This document shows, in pieces, positions 1 to 5,000 of a DNA stretch of 5,000 nucleotides. The position numbers and the translations under genes are program-made. The DNA is taken from contig NW_021830260.1 of the NCBI RefSeq assembly GCF_006345805.1, forward strand, positions 1-5,000. Reading direction: 5' to 3'. The notes below the pieces were generated by a model. The model did no database searches, had not been told where the DNA came from, and worked only from the letters and a program-made list of their open reading frames with translations. How positions within the stretch are numbered: the stretch's first letter is position 1; each line of letters opens with the position of its first letter. This DNA is from Octopus sinensis. Lineage: Eukaryota.

Positions 1-96
1 TCATTCACGTAATTTAATTGGTCAGCTAATTTATTTGAAAGGCCATGACGTTGCTATGGTTAGTTAGTAGTGAATAGATAATATTAAAAAAAAATA

Positions 97-186
97 TATA
101 AAAATTATATGCATAAAAACAGAAACAAATAATTCATATTTAATATGAATTATTTGTTTCTATGTTTTTATACATATAATTTTATA
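97..186. repeat. Long near-perfect inverted repeat (hairpin), ~43-bp arms, 1-nt loop at 141
   Basis: 121-140 AGAAACAAATAATTCATATT is the exact reverse complement of 142-161. The outer arms 97-120 and 164-186 pair with one mismatch and one 1-nt indel, plus a 2-nt bulge at 162-163. Confidence 0.92.
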
Positions 187-233
187 CGTATAAATTTAGT
201 TGCATAGCCGGTCATATTTAATATGAATTATTT
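134..233 (+). repeat. 22-bp exact direct repeat of the hairpin centre (134-155 and 212-233)
   Basis: TCATATTTAATATGAATTATTT occurs at both positions, 78 bp apart. Confidence 0.9.
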
Positions 234-260
234 TCCAGTAGGTAGCGCATAGTATATATA

Positions 261-477
261 CTAGGAGGTGCTTGAAAGTTCCTGGCTTGGGGTAAAAATA
301 AATTACAGTTTGATCAGTTAATTTTAATTTTATTCGACATATTTCCCTCTCAGATTCATACACTTATTGCAGCGGTCCTTCAGTTTTTCTAGGTCCTATA
401 AAAGAACTCGGAATGTTGGGCTTCCAACCAGGCCGTTTCACGATGCCTTAGAGCCAGGAACGTTTCGGTACTCACCG
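261..477 (-). mobile_element. Element A: mariner-derived non-autonomous element (MITE-like deletion derivative), 217 bp
   Basis: Flanked by TA at 259-260 and 478-479. Degenerate ~28-bp TIRs: CTAGGAGGTGCTTGAAAGTTCCTGGCTT (261-288) versus the reverse complement of 451-477, CGGTGAGTACCGAAACGTTCCTGGCTC, with a shared exact core GTTCCTGGCT. The interior encodes a mariner transposase C-terminus on the minus strand. Confidence 0.85.
330..430 (-). pseudogene. Mariner transposase C-terminal relic inside element A
   Basis: Minus strand reads WLEAQHSEFFY, then a frameshift near 393-394, then LEKLKDRCNKCMNLRGKYVE* (stop at 330-332). This fits the typical mariner tail W..Q...FF..G...L..R..KC....G.Y.E*. 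Confidence 0.8.
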
Positions 478-497
478 TATATGCACATGTATATGTA

Positions 498-640
498 CGA
501 AGTACATATCAAGTTCTTTGTCTAGTTATGTTTAATAGAAAATAGCTTACCTAAATTTTAAAACCATCTATTTCGAAATAGTCACATTGCGCAGCAATAT
601 GCCGGTCCCAGCGCTTTTGCCATTTTTGAAATCCGGCCTT
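498..640 (-). mobile_element. Fragment B: 3' end of a mariner element (C-terminal codons plus 3' TIR); partner of fragment D
   Basis: Minus strand 631 to 551 reads FQKWQKRWDRHIAAQCDYFEIDGFKI*, a mariner tail of the FQ.W..RW..CI...GDYFE type. TA at 496-497 precedes the end CGAAGTACATATCAAGTTCTTTGTCTAGTTATGT, which shares CG, TATCAA and CTAGTTATGT with the TIR at 1030. Confidence 0.85.
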
Positions 641-991
641 ATGAAATGCTCAAGACTGCTTATGGATTAACCTGTATGAACCGAGCATGTTTTCTGCTTG
701 CTCAATGAAGATCTGAACATGCGGAAAATTCTCGGAACATGTGTTCCCAGTGTCTTCCAGAAGCGGTAGAATTTCAGGAAGTTATTTTGAATATAAAAGA
801 GGCAGTGACAAGGGCTCTGGACATCTTCACTTTGAAGGACTTCTATAGGGCGTACATGGAGCAGTTGATGCGTTACAATAAGTGCATTGAAGTTAGAGGA
901 TCCTACTTTGAAGTAAGTGATTATTGTTTTGTAATCTTTTTGAAATTAATATCTCCTGAAAATGTCTTGAAATTCTCGAATGCACCATGCA
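638..991 (+). mobile_element. Fragment C: body and 3' end of an internally deleted mariner element; partner of fragment E
   Basis: Three collinear transposase patches: 640-693 YEMLKTAYGLTCMNRACF (first HTH), 701-754 LNEDLNMRKILGTCVPSV (WVP-type linker) and 793-912 IKEAVTRALDIFTLKDFYRAYMEQLMRYNKCIEVRGSYFE (C-terminus). The DD34D catalytic core is deleted. The 3' TIR spans ~962-991, with GAATGCACC at 978-986 and TA at 992-993. Confidence 0.88.
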
Positions 992-1029
992 TACACACAC
1001 ACTCATAGACACACACACTCATGTATATA
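992..1029. repeat. Short CA-rich spacer with 16-bp-period duplication (ACACACACACTCAT x2) between elements
   Basis: 993-1006 and 1009-1022 are identical. The spacer begins and ends with the TA dinucleotides that flank the adjacent elements. Confidence 0.8.
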
Positions 1030-1423
1030 CGTGGAGGTATCAAAACTTTCCTGGACTAGTTATGTAGTGCGCCAACGGACGGTAGCACACGGTTGTGTAC
1101 GCAGAGAGAGCTAGCAGTGGCCTTCATGAGGCAGTGTGCCGAGCGGCAAGGCTGTGTTTACTTCGCAAATTGTGAAACGTGTTGTTGTTTTTTTTATATC
1201 CGCTGTGTCTGCTGTAGTCTGCAATTTTTGTCATAGACAAGAAGATGGAACAAAGAGCAAACGTGAAACATTGCGTTAAACTTGAAAAGTCTACTGCAGA
1301 GACATTGAGCTTGATTTGGTAAGCTTACGGCGACGAGGCAATGGGCTGCACGCTATGTTTCAAGTGGTACGGGCGCTTCAAAAGCGGACGAATGATAATG
1401 GAAGACGATGGGCGATTTGGAAG
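1030..1423 (+). mobile_element. Fragment D: 5' end of a mariner element (5' TIR, leader, HTH-coding N-terminus); partner of fragment B
   Basis: TA at 1028-1029 is followed by the TIR CGTGGAGGTATCAAAACTTTCCTGGACTAGTTATGT. 1245-1421 reads MEQRANVKHCVKLEKSTAETLSLIW*AYGDEAMGCTLCFKWYGRFKSGRMIMEDDGRFG, a mariner first HTH domain with a premature TAA at 1320-1322. Confidence 0.92.
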
Positions 1424-1696
1424 TGTCTGTAGCGTGTTTGCCCAGTTAGACACAATGCTTTATTGTATATCGAAGTTCCAAACCTGTTGACTGCATTCTG
1501 CAACCATTAGCTGTAACAAGTAATGTTTAGTAAGGTGTGTTCAAAACGCTGTTACAGCATTCATTTCAATTTGAAATTTCAAATATCGAGAGGTCAGCGT
1601 ATTAGGCGTATAGGAAAGATATACTAAAATTACAGTAATATAAAATAGTTATAAATGTTTCTCCTAAGTTTCAAACCTTCTGGAATGCACCGCAGA
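1421..1696 (-). mobile_element. Fragment E: 5' end of a second mariner element (5' TIR, leader, first 25 codons); partner of fragment C
   Basis: Minus strand 1496 to 1422 reads MQSTGLELRYTIKHCV*LGKHATDT (stop at 1446-1448). The TIR spans ~1668-1696 and contains GAATGCACC (1683-1691) exactly 5 nt before TA (1697-1698), the same motif and spacing as at 978-993. Confidence 0.85.
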
Positions 1697-1741
1697 TATA
1701 GATGAATAAATATTCTTCTAATATGATATACCTTGCATGTG

Positions 1742-1764
1742 TACATACATACATGTATACATAC

Positions 1765-1795
<31 letters not shown>

Positions 1796-1877
1796 TGTAT
1801 GTATGTATGTATGTATGTATATGTATGTATGTATCTATCTATCTATCTATCCATCTATTATCTCCCTCTCTCTCTCT

Positions 1878-1924
<47 letters not shown>
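1742..1924. repeat. Compound microsatellite: (TACA)n, (TATG)13+3, (TATC)5, (TC)n, (TA)22
   Basis: Read directly: TATG 1766-1817 and 1820-1831, TATC 1832-1851, TC ~1866-1877, TA 1881-1924. Confidence 0.97.
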
Positions 1925-1929
<5 letters not shown>

Positions 1930-2602
1930 TTTCATGTGGGTTCAGAAGTAAGGCAAGTGCAAATATACGTGCAAGTGCTACTACGTAGCCTAACGCACAT
2001 CTGCCAAAATTCACATGTACGCAGATACACAAGTATATACGCAAAGCATATATATAAAACGACATACACACCTCACTGTATGTATACACAGTTGTCTAAC
2101 ATTAATGCGATGGGCGTTCTGTGTGTACATGCACAGATAGCTGTGTGTTAGTATTTATACTCTGATGTTATTCTTCACGGTGTAAGTGCACCTACCTATA
2201 TACTTTTATGATCTTATTCTTCTGCATATTAAACGTATTGGCTGGAAGCATGGGGAGCAGAGCTGTTTACAAATATGTCAATTAATCTAGGTATTGGTAG
2301 GAATAAAAGTGATTTATAGCAAAAGTGATTTCAAATAAATTCAAATGAAACGTGTCTGTGAAGTCCTCGTCGTGTAAGAATCGAAGAGGTTACATAAATA
2401 GAGGTACAAGAGAATTTTGGTTACAATGAAAGCGAATGTGTCTCAAGAACACATGAACATATTGCACGTAGTAATAGCACGTATAACTGATGACAAAAAA
2501 AGGATATTAGAAAGTTTGCGTCGGTGGCAATATGAAAGTTGTTATGATAGTCTTTCCTCCTACGAAAACTAGAAGAATTCCAGCTTTGAATTGAAAACAT
2601 AC

Positions 2603-2764
2603 GTAGTTTCGTCAGTATATTGTTCTTTTCGATTGTAATATGAATCTAACGTTGTGCAAAGGTGGTAGCTGACTTCTTGATCCACACGCGTCATTGACAT
2701 ACAGAAATCTTTGATAGACCAAACATATTTATAATGCATGGTGTTACATGTTGAATTTACGTTC
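2603..2764 (-). CDS. Tentative internal coding exon (162 nt, phase 2-2), possibly the start of a MATH/TRAF-like domain
   Basis: Minus-strand acceptor TTCATTCATTTCAG (AG at 2766-2765) with a TTAAC branch-like site 22 nt upstream, and donor GTATGT at 2602-2597. Length is divisible by 3 and only one frame is open: NVNSTCNTMHYKYVWSIKDFCMSMTRVDQEVSYHLCTTLDSYYNRKEQYTDET. The domain guess rests only on the YVWSIKDF motif. Confidence 0.35.
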
Positions 2765-3749
2765 CTGAAATGAATGAATGTGCTCGTTAAATATTGTTTT
2801 AAGGATGTTTGTTGGTTACACGTTTACAATTTCAAAGTGGTTGATTTAGAATGTTGCGCATCACACTACGCTTTTTGTTTTTTAAAAGATCTAGTGTCTA
2901 GCAACATGCCAGTTTACTTGTATGGGTAGTGATGTTTATGTTTCAAAATGTTCCTATTAGTTATTATGGAAGAAACAAATTCGCCACAGCTTAATACATC
3001 TTTCGTTGAAGAATTTGTGAAACATATAATCTTTGGAGGAACGTTTATTTATTAGGTATGGAATGGAACGGCTGTTGTTTGACCGGATATGCAAGATCTC
3101 CTATTTTATGCTCGCAATTGTTCTGTTTATCTTTCTTCTTAGAGTTACTTAAAGATCTCAGGTTCTCATGTAAAGTGTATAAAGGTGTAGTTATGTATAT
3201 CGTCACATTACGTTCCTGTCTTTATTCTCAGCGATTCATTCAATGTTGCCTATAACCATGACTTCTGTTAAAATCTCTGCATTCACACAATACCCCATAC
3301 TGTTCTTATCACACTCTCTAGAATTATGTTTTATCAGTAACCTTCTCCACCTGATCTTCCCAGCTATAACCCCACAAATTCACAGCATCCTCTTCACTCA
3401 TATAATAAATGCCTTTCACCACTTATCAACATTTCCTTATTCACTGCTCCCTTTCCTCCTTTATCTTATTGCTTCACGTTCCTTAATGTCTCTTACATTT
3501 TATCAACCATAATTTAACCATTTACATGTATTTTTTCAAATTAATTTGTGTGCATTTTTGATATGTGCGCCTTTGCATTTTTTTATATCAGTTTCTGATA
3601 TTTAGCTTATTTCATCACTCCTCTTTCAACCTTTGTTCATTTTTTCTTATTTCGATTATTTATATTATTTATTTTCTTTTATGCACAATGGTTATATGGA
3701 TCAACATAAAAATTCTTCTAGTGTAATAATATGATTAAAATAAAACTTG

Positions 3750-3771
3750 TATATATATATTATATATATAT

Positions 3772-3814
<43 letters not shown>

Positions 3815-4104
3815 TATACTATATATATGTATACATATATAGTATACATATATATACATATATGTATTCATATATGTATTCATATATATAGATATATATA
3901 TATGTATATATATTGCATATATATGTATAATATGCATATATACAGATATATGTATATATATGTATATATATATGTACGTATGTATTAATATATTGTACAT
4001 ATATATATACATATATACATACATACACAGTCATAGACACACACATATGTGTGTGTCTATATATATATGTATATATATATATGTAAATATATATATCTAT
4101 TATG

Positions 4105-4135
<31 letters not shown>

Positions 4136-4181
4136 GTATATGTATATATATGTATACATATATATATATGTGTGTATTATG

Positions 4182-4250
<69 letters not shown>

Positions 4251-4257
4251 GTATATG

Positions 4258-4288
<31 letters not shown>

Positions 4289-4332
4289 GTATATATATAT
4301 TATATGTATATATATATATATATATTATATAT
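3750..4332. repeat. ~580-bp degenerate (TA)n tract with TATG/TACA interruptions
   Basis: Read directly. It includes a local 12-bp tandem CATATATGTATT x2 at 3857-3880. Confidence 0.97.
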
Positions 4333-4539
4333 CAGATGCGTTTTAATGTAGAACTTCGATTATTACAGCTATATTTCAAAAGATTTTATAGAGTTTAATA
4401 GACATGAAGTAATTTTATGTTTACCGAGCTCTCTGCTAAGATGCTCTACATGAAAAGTATTTCTGTTACATTTGCGAGATATTAATTTATATTGTTACTT
4501 AAAACATATATACACATTAGCATAGCCACATGAGTAAGT

Positions 4540-4558
4540 GCGCGCACACACACATTTA

Positions 4559-4591
<33 letters not shown>

Positions 4592-4713
4592 CTATGCTTG
4601 TGTGTATGTGTGTAGGTGCATGAATATCTGTATCTGTGTGTGTATATGTATATATCTATGTCTGTATATGTGTGTGTGTTTGTCAATGTATGTAGGAACA
4701 CACATATATATAT
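4540..4713. repeat. Mixed (CA)/(TA)13/(TG)-(TATG) low-complexity tract
   Basis: CACACACA near 4545-4554, TA run 4565-4590, TG-rich 4600-4680, and CACATATATATA at 4699-4713. Confidence 0.85.
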
Positions 4714-4730
4714 AATCTTTATTTTTAACC

Positions 4731-4801
4731 AGCCAATCAAGTACCTATGTTTGATCTGCCAATCATATAGCTTAGCCGCTTCAAATCAAAGTTTCCAATC
4801 A
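4731..4801 (+). promoter_or_regulatory. Cluster of three co-oriented CCAATCA motifs (possible NF-Y sites)
   Basis: CCAAT at 4733, 4759 and 4795, each followed by CA; the first is AGCCAATCA. A CAAATCA variant lies at 4782. No transcript or TSS evidence. Confidence 0.25.
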
Positions 4802-4888
4802 CTTGTCAAACACATTTATTGTCAAACACATACATTGACACAGACATATGCGCACATACACCTCCGTCTTTGTTTTACTTACTCGTCA

Positions 4889-4902
4889 TATCTATCTATC
4901 TG

Positions 4903-4985
<83 letters not shown>

Positions 4986-5000
4986 CTCTCTCTCTATATA
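4889..5000. repeat. (TATC)24 [GATA] tetranucleotide repeat with one TGTC variant, then (TC)5 and (TA)n running off the window
   Basis: TATC x3 at 4889-4900, TGTC at 4901-4904, TATC x20 at 4905-4984, TC x5 at 4985-4994. Confidence 0.97.

Larger units (their letters stand above)
638..1423. other. Inverted segment (~0.78 kb) bounded by CTT (638-640) / AAG (1421-1423) microhomology
   Basis: Reverse-complementing it restores GAC ACT TAT GAA ATG (D-T-Y-E-M) and CGA TTT GGA AGG CCG (R-F-G-R-P). It also converts two pairs of directly oriented TIR-like ends into proper inverted pairs. Confidence 0.85.

Noticed and set aside
498-991. B+C as one native element with its own TIR pair
   Set aside because: Both ends are 3' ends with transposase tails on opposite strands, and each end matches a different distal partner (1030 and 1696) better than the other.
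739-1008. 89-aa ORF as a functional gene
   Set aside because: Only residues ~19-58 are transposase C-terminus. The start is an out-of-frame read of the linker region, and the tail runs through the 3' UTR, TIR and CA spacer (the probable native TAA at 914-916 is out of frame). It is a relic.
1702-2151. ORFs 1702-2151, 1733-1951, 1737-1925 and 1880-2089
   Set aside because: They are translations of TATG/TATC/TA repeats (MYVC, YLSI, YIYI), which lack stop codons by construction.
2305-2331. AAAAGTGATTT x2 (16-bp period)
   Set aside because: Small local slippage duplication with no further structure.
2426-2572. 48-aa plus-strand ORF MKANVSQEH...SYEN
   Set aside because: Short, no recognisable motif or supporting splice context, and it conflicts with the equally tentative minus-strand model.
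2757-3218. 11-bp repeat TTACGTTCCTG at 2757-2767 and 3208-3218 as a duplicated exon start
   Set aside because: The second copy lacks a pyrimidine tract and hits a stop in the equivalent frame; the match is too short to exclude chance.
3058-3512. ORFs 3058-3255 and 3243-3512
   Set aside because: No recognisable motif. The second is explained by the G-poor C/T skew, which lowers stop frequency and yields L/S/F/P/H-rich text.
3701-4740. All Y/I/M/C-rich ORFs from 3701 to 4740
   Set aside because: Microsatellite artefacts with no protein-like complexity.
4877-4882. Perfect GTAAGT donor-like hexamers (minus 4882-4877; also plus 913-918 and 4534-4539)
   Set aside because: No plausible open exon upstream; they adjoin GATA repeat, a transposon relic or low-complexity DNA.
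1-5000. CRISPR array, prokaryotic operon, RNA gene or novel multi-gene system
   Set aside because: No repeat-spacer periodicity, no long ORFs, and no tRNA/rRNA motifs seen. The structure is accounted for by eukaryotic transposon relics and simple repeats.

Overview
AT-rich, microsatellite-dense eukaryotic (animal) genomic DNA. The compound TA/TATG/TATC repeats and short mariner relics resemble cephalopod (octopus-like) genomes, but this is an impression, not a database result. There is no intact gene, RNA gene, CRISPR array or recognisable novel multi-gene system. The informative part is 261-1696, which holds five fragments of mariner (Tc1/mariner) transposons. They resolve into three TA-flanked, internally deleted, non-autonomous elements once 638/641-1420/1423 is reverse-complemented: a ~0.78 kb inversion with a 3-bp CTT/AAG microhomology cut two neighbouring elements and swapped their halves. 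Re-inverting restores the transposase reading (ATDT|YEMLKTAYG and EDDGRFG|RP) and pairs matching terminal repeats. Other observations are a ~43-bp-arm hairpin at 97-186, a tentative minus-strand exon (2603-2764) with a MATH-like first-strand motif, and a triple CCAAT cluster at 4731-4801. Most ORFs in the supplied track are microsatellite artefacts.
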